Shown: positions 1 through 10,986 of the stretch, piece by piece
Layout: the number at the start of each line of letters is the position of its first letter
Position numbering within the stretch: the stretch's first letter is position 1
Source: an uncultured Planctomycetaceae bacterium
GTDB lineage: Bacteria > Planctomycetota > Planctomycetia > Planctomycetales > Planctomycetaceae
Length of the DNA stretch: 39,919 bases
NCBI GenBank assembly: GCA_937952455.1
Contig: CALFYU010000076.1
Span: forward strand, 1 to 39,919
Direction: 5' to 3'
Notes under the pieces: model-generated
Database searches by the model: none
Seen by the model: only the letters and a program-made list of their open reading frames with translations
What the model was told of the DNA's origin: nothing
Translations under genes and position numbers: made by a program

Positions 1-359
1 TGGGCCTCGATCAACGGCAGGTCGGCGATCGTTCTGTATCCGTCGCGTTTAAGTTCCTCGTTGCGGACGGGTTCGCCGAGCGCCGCTTCCAACGTCGACC
101 GTTGGACCGCCCGGTACATTTCCGTTTTCTTGTAGGTTTCGAAATCCTCAGCCGGAAGCACATCGGCATCCAATATCGGCTCGCGGCTCGCTTCGATGTA
201 AACAACCGACGTAGCGACAAAGTCAGGCGGAGCTAGGTAGTAAACAGCAAGAGCGGCGGCGCCGCCGAATAACAGGCCCATTGCGATTGCTGTGGGCCAT
301 CGTCGCAGTCGGCGACGACGGGGGGCGGGTGTCTGTTCTTTAGTGGTGCCTGCCGTCAT
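1..359 (-). CDS. Polysaccharide chain-length determinant / tyrosine autokinase (Wzz/Wzc/GumC-like), N-terminal part; runs off the left edge
   Basis: Not in the ORF track; translated by hand from ATG at 359 (GGAGA SD-like upstream): MTAGTTKEQTPAPRRRRLRRWPTAIAMGLLFGGAAALAVYYLAPPDFVATSVVYIEASREPIL...FETYKKTEMY... The basic stretch, TM helix and 'P.(Y/F).A.S.V.I' pattern match Wzz/GumC N-termini. The frame is open to position 1. Confidence 0.65.
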   Translation of the reverse strand, partial: MTAGTTKEQTPAPRRRRLRRWPTAIAMGLLFGGAAALAVYYLAPPDFVATSVVYIEASREPILDADVLPAEDFETYKKTEMYRAVQRSTLEAALGEPVRNEELKRDGYRTIADLPLIEA

Positions 360-639
360 CTATTGTCTCCCGAATCTGTGCTTAGCGGACGAGCGACGCG
401 AACGTCAAGAGAGTCAAGTCTAACGCGCGGCAGCGCAGCGCGTGCAAGTACTTTTCTCGGATTTTTTGCCGATTGCGGGTTTGTCAGAAGGAGTGCGGCT
501 CTCTTCCTCAAGCCTGTTCCCTCAAGCCTCACACCTCCTCGCGTCTACTCTGCTTGTCCCCCGCGCATGGCAAGCATTATGATGCCCGTTTTCGTTTCAC
601 CTCCTACCATTTGCCCACAAAACGGCAAAGGATGATGCG

Positions 640-1104
640 TTGCCAAGGCTTGTGGACAAGATCATCTCCGGCGGCCAGACTGGTGTCGACCGGGCGGCGC
701 TCGACGTGGCGCTGATCGCCGGGATCGATTGCGGCGGATGGTGTCCTCTGGGACGCAAGGCGGAAGACGGGCCGCTGCCACTGCATTATCCGCTGACCGA
801 AACCGAATCCGATGACTATGCCCTGCGGACCGAATACAATATCCGCGACAGCGACGGCACGCTGATCCTCGCCCGGCGGCCGTTGACCGGCGGGACGGCG
901 CTCACCCAGCGGTTAGCACAGCGATACCAGCGCCCCTGTCACGTGGCGTTGCCGTTTGGAGAGCGGGACGTGGCCTCGGTTGCGGAATGGCTGGCGGCGA
1001 ATAGAATTCGCACAGTGAACATCGCCGGCCCCCGCGAAAGCCAACAACCGGGCATTTACAGCGCCGCTGTCACGTTTTTGGGCACGTTGTTCGGCGGCGA
1101 TTGA
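640..1104 (+). CDS. Putative molybdenum carrier protein (SLOG superfamily)
   Basis: KIISGGQTGVDRAALDVA, GGWCPLGRKAEDG, RTEYNIRDSDGTL and NIAGPRES motifs. Start could be 640 (TTG) or 652 (GTG). Confidence 0.85.
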   Translation: MPRLVDKIISGGQTGVDRAALDVALIAGIDCGGWCPLGRKAEDGPLPLHYPLTETESDDYALRTEYNIRDSDGTLILARRPLTGGTALTQRLAQRYQRPCHVALPFGERDVASVAEWLAANRIRTVNIAGPRESQQPGIYSAAVTFLGTLFGGD

Positions 1105-1113
1105 CGGTTGAGC

Positions 1114-1235
1114 GGCGAGCGGCTGGCGTCAGTCGGCCGGTTTGGTGGCGCAACGTTTTTCGGTGGGGGGCGAAACCCGTGGGCTGACGCCCACGGCTCG
1201 CCATTATCCCCCCCAGCCCCCGGCTCTGCCGGGGG
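1114..1235. repeat. REP-like palindrome cluster (inverted pair plus a third hairpin)
   Basis: 1114-1141 and 1175-1202 are inverted copies (21/28 identical). Each is GGCGAG plus an 8-bp stem with a GTCA loop. The third palindrome is CCCCCGGC-TCT-GCCGGGGG at 1217-1235. Confidence 0.65.
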
Positions 1236-1267
1236 GTAACCACATACTCCACGGATCACGAATCACA

Positions 1268-2938
<1,671 letters not shown>

Positions 2939-3245
2939 GGTTTCGGCAAGGGGTTAGCCACGGAGTTCACGCAAGCAATAGGCTCTTGTGGCCTTCCGTT
3001 GAGATCGTGGTATTGACGACGCAAGTTTTACGAATCGCGGTCGGTCGCGGTAAAGCGCTGCGTGACCCGGAGAAGCGGTGTCGTGGGCTTGGTGTCGACG
3101 AGAGTGGTCAGTGGCCGGAAAGTGTCGGCCAAGGGCGGTGGCAGTTGGCGTGCGTTTGATACTCCTTGCGTGCCTCAGGCCCCCTTTCTCCGTTCCTACA
3201 GCCTAACGCCTAAAGTCTACAACCTATTCAAAGTCGGGATTTGTC

Positions 3246-4316
3246 GTGCGAATTTTTCAGATTGCAGTGATCGAGGGGGCCGGCATCGGTGTCGATGGGA
3301 CGCGGGAGGCGCTCAAGGTGGTCGAAGCGGTCGCGGCGTTGGACGGCGCGGAGTTTTCCTGGAGTCACTTTCCGTGGGGCACTGATTATTACTTCGAACA
3401 TGGGCGAATGGCAGCGGCGGATTATTTGGATCAACTCGCTCCGCACGATGCGCTGCTCTTGGGGGCGGTGGGGCACCCCGACGTGCAGGATCACATCACC
3501 CTCAACGGCCTGTTGCTGCCAATCCGGCGGCGGTTTGATCAGGCGATTTGCCTCCGCCCGGCGTTTTTGTACGAAGGAGTGCAAAGTCCGTTGCGGGACA
3601 AGCCGCCCGAGTCGATCGACATGCTCGTGTTTCGGGAAAACACTGAGGGAGAATATGCCAATATCGGCGGACGGTTGTATCAGCATTCAGATCACGACGT
3701 GGCCGTGCAGACGTCGGTCTTTACGCGGCGGGGGTGCGAGCGGATTATCCGTGCCGCCTTCGACAGGGCGATGACCCGTCCCCGCAAGCGGGTGGCGTCG
3801 ATCACCAAGAGCAATGCCCAAGGGTACGGCATGGTACTCTGGGATGAGACGTTTGCCGCCGTTTCCAAGGACTATCCGGAGATCAAAACCGAGTCGCTGT
3901 TGATCGACCGGGCGGCGATGGAGTTTGTGCGGCGGCCGGAATCATTCGACGTTGTGGTCGCCAGCAATCTGTTCGGCGACATCCTAACCGACTTGGCGGC
4001 GATTGTCGTCGGGAGTATGGGCCTGGCGGCCAGTGCCAACATTGCCGTCGATCGCCGGAATTTGAGTATGTTCGAACCCGTGCACGGTTCAGCGCCGGAT
4101 ATCGCAGGGCAGGGGATCGCCAACCCGCTGGCAGCCATTCTTTCGGCGGCGATGATGCTGGAACATTTGGAATTGCCGCAAGCCGCTTCCGCCGTCCATG
4201 CAGCGGTTAAGGCGCTGCTCAAGGAAGGAAAAACACTTCCGCCCGATTTGGGAGGAACTGCGCATACGGAGGTGGTCGGAGACCGGGTCGCTGCGCTGGC
4301 CGGCGGTCGGCAGTAG
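3246..4316 (+). CDS. Tartrate/D-malate dehydrogenase (TtuC/DmlA-like; isocitrate/isopropylmalate dehydrogenase family)
   Basis: RENTEGEY, TKSNAQ..WDE, VVASNLFGDILTDL, SMFEPVHGSAPDIAG and LLLPIRRRFDQ motifs. Confidence 0.85.
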   Translation: MRIFQIAVIEGAGIGVDGTREALKVVEAVAALDGAEFSWSHFPWGTDYYFEHGRMAAADYLDQLAPHDALLLGAVGHPDVQDHITLNGLLLPIRRRFDQAICLRPAFLYEGVQSPLRDKPPESIDMLVFRENTEGEYANIGGRLYQHSDHDVAVQTSVFTRRGCERIIRAAFDRAMTRPRKRVASITKSNAQGYGMVLWDETFAAVSKDYPEIKTESLLIDRAAMEFVRRPESFDVVVASNLFGDILTDLAAIVVGSMGLAASANIAVDRRNLSMFEPVHGSAPDIAGQGIANPLAAILSAAMMLEHLELPQAASAVHAAVKALLKEGKTLPPDLGGTAHTEVVGDRVAALAGGRQ

Positions 4317-4522
4317 GAAGAAACAACTGTCGCATCACGTCACAGGCTTGATTGCGAGAACGACGTGCGACTCGCGGATCATTCCGTAATCCCACCTGCG
4401 GCGCGCCGTCGGCGTCGTAGTACGTCAGCACGTGCTAAGCGGCCGACTTCGTCGTTTTTCGGTCAACGTGAAACGGCTCAGACCGACCACGAACGAACGG
4501 TGTCGGTTATGAATAGACGACT

Positions 4523-4813
4523 CTATCTCCATCCAGGCACAACGATTTTATAAAGTGTTTGCCATAACACAAAGCAACATACGATCTCGATGACTACGCA
4601 TACAACTATCGTGATGGGGTAACTTCCGCGTAACGCGTATCTTCGCATTCCTAGAGTAACACACACAGCCGCAGACAACGCCCCTGGTGCGATCAGAAGG
4701 AGAGCAATTGCTGCTGCTAATGGTCCGTTGAAAAGCCAATCTACTGCGTAACCGAACGCCATGAACGCTGCCAGCGTCATCGGTGGCGCCACAATAAAAA
4801 CAAATGTTCTCAT
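4523..4813 (-). CDS. Small hypothetical membrane protein (3 predicted TM helices)
   Basis: 96-aa ORF with three hydrophobic segments, lying in a visibly AT-richer patch. Confidence 0.55.
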   Translation of the reverse strand: MRTFVFIVAPPMTLAAFMAFGYAVDWLFNGPLAAAIALLLIAPGALSAAVCVTLGMRRYALRGSYPITIVVCVVIEIVCCFVLWQTLYKIVVPGWR

Positions 4814-5033
4814 TTTCCGAATGCTCGTCCAAGGGGATATACCGCATCCTCCCCTTTGCCAACCATTATTTCAAAGGTGTTAAGAACACCATAACCGCCA
4901 CATTCAGCGTCTCTTGGTGCCTTAACCTGCGGCGGGGATGCCATGACTGGCGCAGTGAACACTGCCCGTCGCCTTGACCCCACACACCGTCAACCGCAAT
5001 TCTCATGCGATTCGCAATGACGCAATCGGCGGA

Positions 5034-6497
5034 TTACCGCTTGGCGTTGATCGTCGTCCATTCCTCGACCGCGTGCGGCTGGGTGTCCAAGTCGCTTTTG
5101 ACGGACGCTTCAATTTTGTGATGTCCCGCCCGGACGCCTTGGGCGCGTACCCGCAGTTCGAGGGTGCTGTCGGCGGCGAATCGCGGGATCGTCTCGAAGT
5201 CCCAACCTCCTTGCTGCACCTTATGCGGCAATTGGATCGGTTCGCCGTCTTGTGTCGCTTCGACGCCCAGCAACTTCAAACCGGTCGGCGGCGTCAACGC
5301 GATGTCCACGTTGCGGACGTCTTGGAAACCACGATTGTGAACCGTCACAACGTAAGTGATTTCTGCATCGACGGCGGCAGGTTCGCCTTCGTCGCGGAGC
5401 TTCAGGTCCAATACGCCGCGCGGGGGGACAATTTCCAGGCCGGTTTCCTTGCGGAGTGAATCTCCGCCAGTCGTCGCCAGTTCGACGTCGAACTTGGCCA
5501 CATCCGCGGCGCGCCCACATTCGAACTCGACCTGCAGTTGCAGGACTTCGCCCGGTTGCAGATCGCCAAGATTCCATGATAGCGTATCGGTCCCCTCCTC
5601 GGCTCCTTCGGTCGCCTCTTTGGGGATCAACGCATCGTCGAAGGTCAACGTGGACTGCATTCCCTTGAGCACGCGGTCGCTGATGTTGGTGATCGTCAAC
5701 GTATACTCCGCCCGACTGCCGACGCTGCGGCGGTCCGGACCGATCACATCCAACGACAACGACTGTTTCGTGACGTCGATGCAGACCGACTTCCAGACGA
5801 TCTCCTGCCCGGCCGATTTGACGGTGAACTGTGCGCAGTGCCGCCCCAATTCGCGGGCAATCAGCGTCAGTGACATCGTCTGTGCATCTCCCGCATCCAC
5901 GCCGCCGATATTCCGCCGCAACTCCTTCTCGACCTTGCCGGGAAACTGCAGCCCGTCTTCAAAGGTGCAGAAGACTTCGACGTCATCGACTGGAATGTCC
6001 GTTTGGTTGCGAATCGTGACCTCAAACCGCACGTCCCCCCCTTGCGTCGCATGTTCGGGCCGGACGATGTCCAATAACAGACGCGCCGGCGTCGTGCCGG
6101 TCTCCTCATCGTCGTCGGTCACGCGGGGCGCCGTCAGCGGGGGCGGTGCGAACAGCGGACCGGTCTCCTCCTCCGGGAGAATTTCGTAAGGGGGAATCTC
6201 GGCCTCGACTTCGGGAATGATGACGTTGTCGTTCGGCTCCGGTTCGACTTCGATCACTTCCGGTGACCCCAGATCGGGAACCGTAACCGCCGGTTTGTCG
6301 ACGCGGGTCGATTGTCCGGGCGGGGGCGTGACGGTCGTTTCCGGACCCCGGTAGCCGCGATACTGCGGCGCATACGCCGTCTGATCTTCAATCGTGCCGA
6401 ACGGAGTATTGCGTCCTGGCGCCACGCATCCGCCGGCAATCAGAACCATCGACAAGACGATGAGCCAATATGGCGACTTTTGAATTTTCTCGGACAT
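5034..6497 (-). CDS. DUF11-repeat (OmcB-like) lipoprotein
   Basis: Lipobox-like LIAGGC and a Pro/Glu-rich linker. Three Ig-like repeats follow (VRFEVTIRN, AEYTLTITN, ITYVVTVHN), with LSWNLGDLQPGE typical of DUF11. Confidence 0.8.
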   Translation of the reverse strand: MSEKIQKSPYWLIVLSMVLIAGGCVAPGRNTPFGTIEDQTAYAPQYRGYRGPETTVTPPPGQSTRVDKPAVTVPDLGSPEVIEVEPEPNDNVIIPEVEAEIPPYEILPEEETGPLFAPPPLTAPRVTDDDEETGTTPARLLLDIVRPEHATQGGDVRFEVTIRNQTDIPVDDVEVFCTFEDGLQFPGKVEKELRRNIGGVDAGDAQTMSLTLIARELGRHCAQFTVKSAGQEIVWKSVCIDVTKQSLSLDVIGPDRRSVGSRAEYTLTITNISDRVLKGMQSTLTFDDALIPKEATEGAEEGTDTLSWNLGDLQPGEVLQLQVEFECGRAADVAKFDVELATTGGDSLRKETGLEIVPPRGVLDLKLRDEGEPAAVDAEITYVVTVHNRGFQDVRNVDIALTPPTGLKLLGVEATQDGEPIQLPHKVQQGGWDFETIPRFAADSTLELRVRAQGVRAGHHKIEASVKSDLDTQPHAVEEWTTINAKR

Positions 6498-6917
6498 GAC
6501 ACGACCTGCCCGCGACAGTGAAGAGCTGAGAAATTCCGTGAGTTGAATGAGATAAAGCCCGCACCGGCGGACGAACGGTCCGTGGTCCCCTTTTTTAAGT
6601 GGGTTGCCGGTGCTACAACTTTACCACCTCTCGGCGGGTTGTGACGGAATCAATCTGCACATTCCACACGGGGCAAACTGCGCGCGAGTTTTCCGCTTGC
6701 GTAGCGAATATTGCTGATGGCAACGATGACGAGAGAACGGGTTGTCGCGGGTCGATTGCGGCACGTTGCCGGAAGACTTTGCCGGTTGCGCGTCGTCTGC
6801 CCGCAGGATGCTTCATGACGAACGATCTCGATGGGAAACCAGGAGATACGAGTAGAGACGCCGCAAAGTTGCGCAGATTTTTGGGAGTTGCGCGTTATGC
6901 GGACGACACCGGCGGCG

Positions 6918-8438
6918 TCACTTGACGTCCAGCGCCTTGCGAAGTTCGTCAGTTTCTTCGCGGAAGGTTCGCACCTTGTCCGGGTCGAGGTAATTGTCGA
7001 TCAACTCGCCGGTTCGGGAACAGAGGCGTTCGATTCGACGTTGCGCGGAGACGTCGCGCCGTTCGGCGGCGATGCTCACGCCCCGTTCGCGAATGATGGT
7101 TAGCTCGGTTTGCAGCGGCGCCGGCCCGGTGATTTGGTCGATTCGGTTTAGGAACTCGTCAACGCTCTTCCAATCGTTCGCCTTGATGGCGGCCCGCGTG
7201 CGGGCCATCAGCACGGCCCGCTTGGCGACCGCATCGATGACCTTGGCCTCCAATACCGCCAACTGGCCTTCGACGTTCAATCGCACTGTGTCGTCTGGAA
7301 GCAGGACTTCCGATTCCTGTTCCAAGCCCGGCACGAGCGGCACGCGGGCCAACAGCGATTTGCCGCTATGAACGGCCAGCAGAATCGGCTTGTGTGAGCC
7401 GTCGCTGGGAATCGTCACCGTCCCTTCGCGGTCGGACATGAACGTGACCGGTTCCGGCTTTTCCGCTGCCGACTGCTCGTCATCGGCCCCCTCTTCGGTG
7501 GCTTGTTCGGTCTGTTCTGGAACGATGCTAACGGTCAATCCCGATAAAGCGCGGTCGGAGAATTGTTGCGAGACGAACTTCAGCCGCGTGGATTCGAATC
7601 GCGGGCTCACGCCCTGCGCCCAGGCTTCGATCAACCGCCGCCGGCGTGCGGTCAGCGGAACTCGGAGGCCGCTGACAATATCGCAAGTCGCCAGCGCCCG
7701 ATCGACATCGGCGACGACAAAGTAGGTCCAAGGAATCTCCTGGATTCGCAACACCTCCCCTTCGCGGGAGAGGAAGCGGTAAAAGGGCGTGAACAATCGC
7801 CCCGGCTTCAGTTGCGTCTGACTGGGATCATCCGGCAAAAGTTCGCCCGCCCGAATCTGCAGCGTCACCTGCTCCTCGTCGAAGTCCGCGATTTCCACCA
7901 CCGGCTCAAACAAGTCGCTCAACACGCCAAACAGCCGGTCCGCGATTTCGCTGCGGCGGACCGATTTTGCCGAGAGCACTTCGCTGGTGAACCGCGACGT
8001 CGAATCCCAGCACTTTCCCGATACCAGATATCCGCCGCCGTCCGGCTCGACCGTCAGAAAATAAAGTTTGTCGCAATCGGCCGCTTCGGGAGTTTCATGA
8101 TCGACCGGCAGACGCTGCAGCGTTTGCGCAGTGGCGGGGAGCAGCCGCGACGTTTCCGCAATCTCGACCCGGCACATCCGCCCCCAATAACCCTCGCAGC
8201 GGTCGCGCAGTTCGTCCAAAACGCGCCCGCGAAATGCCGAGGGAAACCCCACGTGATCATCGAACGCCAGATCGACCCGCACGTCATACGGTTTGAGCGG
8301 CAGCGGAATCGGCGTTTCTTCCTCTTCAGCGCGGGCAACGGAACAGAGAACCAGCGCCGCGATCAACGATGCCGCGGCAGCCCAACGGTTCTGCCACAAT
8401 GGTCGAGATGCGTTCATATTGTTATAGCGATCGATCAT
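6918..8438 (-). CDS. Exported hypothetical protein (putative TolB_N/CsgG-like plus FlgT_C-like domains, helical C-terminus)
   Basis: Signal peptide ending VARA/EEE. Start is likely ATG 8438 (4 nt after the upstream stop) or 8417. The domain calls are pattern-based inference. Confidence 0.7.
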   Translation of the reverse strand: MIDRYNNMNASRPLWQNRWAAAASLIAALVLCSVARAEEEETPIPLPLKPYDVRVDLAFDDHVGFPSAFRGRVLDELRDRCEGYWGRMCRVEIAETSRLLPATAQTLQRLPVDHETPEAADCDKLYFLTVEPDGGGYLVSGKCWDSTSRFTSEVLSAKSVRRSEIADRLFGVLSDLFEPVVEIADFDEEQVTLQIRAGELLPDDPSQTQLKPGRLFTPFYRFLSREGEVLRIQEIPWTYFVVADVDRALATCDIVSGLRVPLTARRRRLIEAWAQGVSPRFESTRLKFVSQQFSDRALSGLTVSIVPEQTEQATEEGADDEQSAAEKPEPVTFMSDREGTVTIPSDGSHKPILLAVHSGKSLLARVPLVPGLEQESEVLLPDDTVRLNVEGQLAVLEAKVIDAVAKRAVLMARTRAAIKANDWKSVDEFLNRIDQITGPAPLQTELTIIRERGVSIAAERRDVSAQRRIERLCSRTGELIDNYLDPDKVRTFREETDELRKALDVK

Positions 8439-8442
8439 TTTG

Positions 8443-10986
8443 TTATTTGAGCGGGTACCACGGTTGTACGACCCACTGTTCGATGCCGTCATAAGTCGAG
8501 ATGGGAGCTTCCGGGACGCCCCGCACGGTCTTACGGACGAGCAGGTATTCATCGGTTTCCCACAGCGGAATCAATTGCACCTCCGCCAACAAATCGCGAT
8601 GCAAGGCGTGCAACAAACCTTCGGCGCGCGCCCAATCGGACACGCCGTCCAGTTCGAGAAGTTTTTGCCGCAACCAATGTGGAAGTCGTTCCAAGTCGGC
8701 GATTTCCGCCTGATCGGTTCCCGTCAACAGCGGCCACAGTTCGACGGCCGGCTCGCGCATGGAGACTTTTCGATAGGCCACGTCCCAATTGTCGTCGGTG
8801 ACCGGTGCGTCAACGTCGGCCAAAGTGACGTCCAGTCCGATCCGCGACCAGGCGGCGATCAGCTGTTTGGCGACGGCGCGGCTCTCCGGGTCGGGCGGGG
8901 CGCGGAGCGTCAGTTTGGGAAACGCACCCCCCAATTCCTTCCGCGCGGCGACGGAGAGGGCCACGGCGAGTTCCAGGTCGTATGAGAGCGGCTGCACCGC
9001 CGGGTCGTAGGCATAACTCGTTTGTGGAAACGGCGCGGAGGTGAGCCGCGCCTTTCCATTGTTGGGGGCTTTGAGGACGAACTCCTCCAATAACCGTTCC
9101 GAATCGATACAGGCCGCCATGGCCCGCCGCAAGGACCGGCTGCGGAGCGCCTTGTTGCGGATGTTGAATTGCACGACGTGCGTCTTGGGCAGTTGATACT
9201 TATGCACGAAGAACTGTGGATGATCGCGGAGGACGTCCACATCCCGCAGCGGCACCTGCGGCAACATGTCGACCTGACCGCGCAGCAGCGCCTGAATCGC
9301 CTTTTCGTGCGTGTCGTACTTCTGTTCAATCACTTCGGCGACGTGAAACTCCTTCTCGTCGGCCGGTTCGGGAATCGCCCGCCGGTACGTGACGGACTGT
9401 GCATCGCGCTGCGACAGCTCGAACGAACCAGGAGCACTCAACGCGTAAGAAAACAGCGATTCGGGACGCAAGGGGACGCTGTCGAATTCGACATCGAACA
9501 CAAACGGCGATTTCAGCGACACCGACGAGATGCGGTCGGAGAGCCGCTCGTCGAACGTCTGGCTGTCCGATCTTAATTTGTCCGCCAATTGCCGAATCAT
9601 GGGCATCGCATTGGTCACCGGCTGCGACTCCCAGGTCTGCCGAAACGGCCGCAATTCAAATCGAATCCGCCGGCCAAGGTTGGTTGGCTCCCATTCGTTC
9701 AAATAGCGGCTGCGGTAGCGGACGATCTGTTCATCCAAAAAGTCCGGCTCAAATAAAGCCGATTGCGTCAATTCGCGCTGGCGGTCATCCGCCGGCGTGC
9801 GATCCAACGGCGAGACGTCGTCGCCAGGTAGCGTGAGTACACCGACGCGCAGCTTTTGATGCCGCCGCGCCAGCCGGGCGTAGAGCGTCCGCAAACCCGA
9901 GGCGGTCGGCCAAATTTGCGTGGCGGTTTCAGTCGCCGCGAGAGCCTTTTCGATGTCACCCGCTGATTCCGCCGCCTGCGCTTGGTCCATCAACTCCGCG
10001 GTGCGGGCTGTCATTGTTTCCGTCCAGCGGGCCGCCGTGCGATGTTGGGGATACTGCGTTTCGAGACGCTTCAGAAAATGCCGTGCGCGCCGGTAATCCC
10101 CCGCGTCATAGGCCGAGGAGATCATTCCGTCGGCCGCTTCACCCATCGCTTCGGATAACTGCGGAAAATCGGGAACGCGCTGGTGCAATTGCTCCAAGTC
10201 GACGAACGCCAGTTCGTGTTTCCCTTCCTGCTGCAGGCGCTTTGCTTCAGCGAACAACAACCGCTGTTCGCGAAACTCCAATCCCGGCCATTGGGAATTG
10301 CGTCTTCGCAACGCGACGACCATTTCATAAGCTTCGCTGATCTGCCCATTGTCGAGAAAGGCGTCGATCTGCTTGAGCATCATGTCTTCGAAATAGATGA
10401 TTTGCTTGATTTCCCGCGTCTTGATGAAATATTCGCGGTCGGCCTCCTCGGTGATGTTCTCCGCGTCAAAGGGCATGTGCACTTTCACATAGGCCAACGA
10501 CTTGCGCCACAATCGCCGCGCATTCTCCAGCGCCTCCCCTTCGAGCGGATTGCCCTCTTCGTCCCGTCCGAGGTCCTGCGGCTCGTATTTGCGAGGTTCC
10601 TTGGCCCATTCGGCTAAGGTTTCCAACGTATTCGGGCGCGGTTCGACCGGCTGCACCACGACGACCTGTTCCTTGAAGTTCAATACCACCCAATCTTCGG
10701 CTGGTCCTTTCATCAGTTGTTCGACCGAGAGCGGCTGCATCTCCTCCAACGTCGGCAACGGCTTTTCTTCGGCCTCCGCTTCTCCCTCGGGATTGTCGGC
10801 GGCCGGCTCGTCCGGATTCTCGGCGGCGTTTTCCTCGGCAGGCGGCTGGTCGGCCTGTTGATCCTGCGCAGGGGCAACCGCCGTCAGTAACAGCCACACC
10901 GCGCAGAAGGCGAACATCGACAGCAGCATGCGCAGCCAACCATCAGTGCGGCGCCGCGCCGGCTGGGAATTCAATCGAGAGATCAT
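8443..10986 (-). CDS. TPR-containing ABC-type family-5 (peptide/nickel) solute-binding-like protein
   Basis: Signal peptide (VAPA/Q), acidic linker and TPR-like helices. The C-terminal region resembles SBP_bac_5 (ALLRGQVDML, FNIRNKAL..LRRAMA..ID, YDLELA, WSRIGLDV, LIPLW). ATGA overlap with the upstream gene. Confidence 0.8.
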   Translation of the reverse strand: MISRLNSQPARRRTDGWLRMLLSMFAFCAVWLLLTAVAPAQDQQADQPPAEENAAENPDEPAADNPEGEAEAEEKPLPTLEEMQPLSVEQLMKGPAEDWVVLNFKEQVVVVQPVEPRPNTLETLAEWAKEPRKYEPQDLGRDEEGNPLEGEALENARRLWRKSLAYVKVHMPFDAENITEEADREYFIKTREIKQIIYFEDMMLKQIDAFLDNGQISEAYEMVVALRRRNSQWPGLEFREQRLLFAEAKRLQQEGKHELAFVDLEQLHQRVPDFPQLSEAMGEAADGMISSAYDAGDYRRARHFLKRLETQYPQHRTAARWTETMTARTAELMDQAQAAESAGDIEKALAATETATQIWPTASGLRTLYARLARRHQKLRVGVLTLPGDDVSPLDRTPADDRQRELTQSALFEPDFLDEQIVRYRSRYLNEWEPTNLGRRIRFELRPFRQTWESQPVTNAMPMIRQLADKLRSDSQTFDERLSDRISSVSLKSPFVFDVEFDSVPLRPESLFSYALSAPGSFELSQRDAQSVTYRRAIPEPADEKEFHVAEVIEQKYDTHEKAIQALLRGQVDMLPQVPLRDVDVLRDHPQFFVHKYQLPKTHVVQFNIRNKALRSRSLRRAMAACIDSERLLEEFVLKAPNNGKARLTSAPFPQTSYAYDPAVQPLSYDLELAVALSVAARKELGGAFPKLTLRAPPDPESRAVAKQLIAAWSRIGLDVTLADVDAPVTDDNWDVAYRKVSMREPAVELWPLLTGTDQAEIADLERLPHWLRQKLLELDGVSDWARAEGLLHALHRDLLAEVQLIPLWETDEYLLVRKTVRGVPEAPISTYDGIEQWVVQPWYPLK

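Noticed and set aside
4394-4934. 10-bp direct repeat ACCTGCGGCG (4394-4403, 4925-4934) flanking the AT-rich gene as a target-site duplication
   Set aside because: A 10-bp GC-rich match within about 600 bp is plausible by chance, and there is no transposase or terminal inverted repeat.
6660-6700. c-di-GMP-I riboswitch-like GGGCAAAC
   Set aside because: It is on the wrong strand for the neighbouring genes, and the GNRA/receptor stems and GCAAAG segment are missing.
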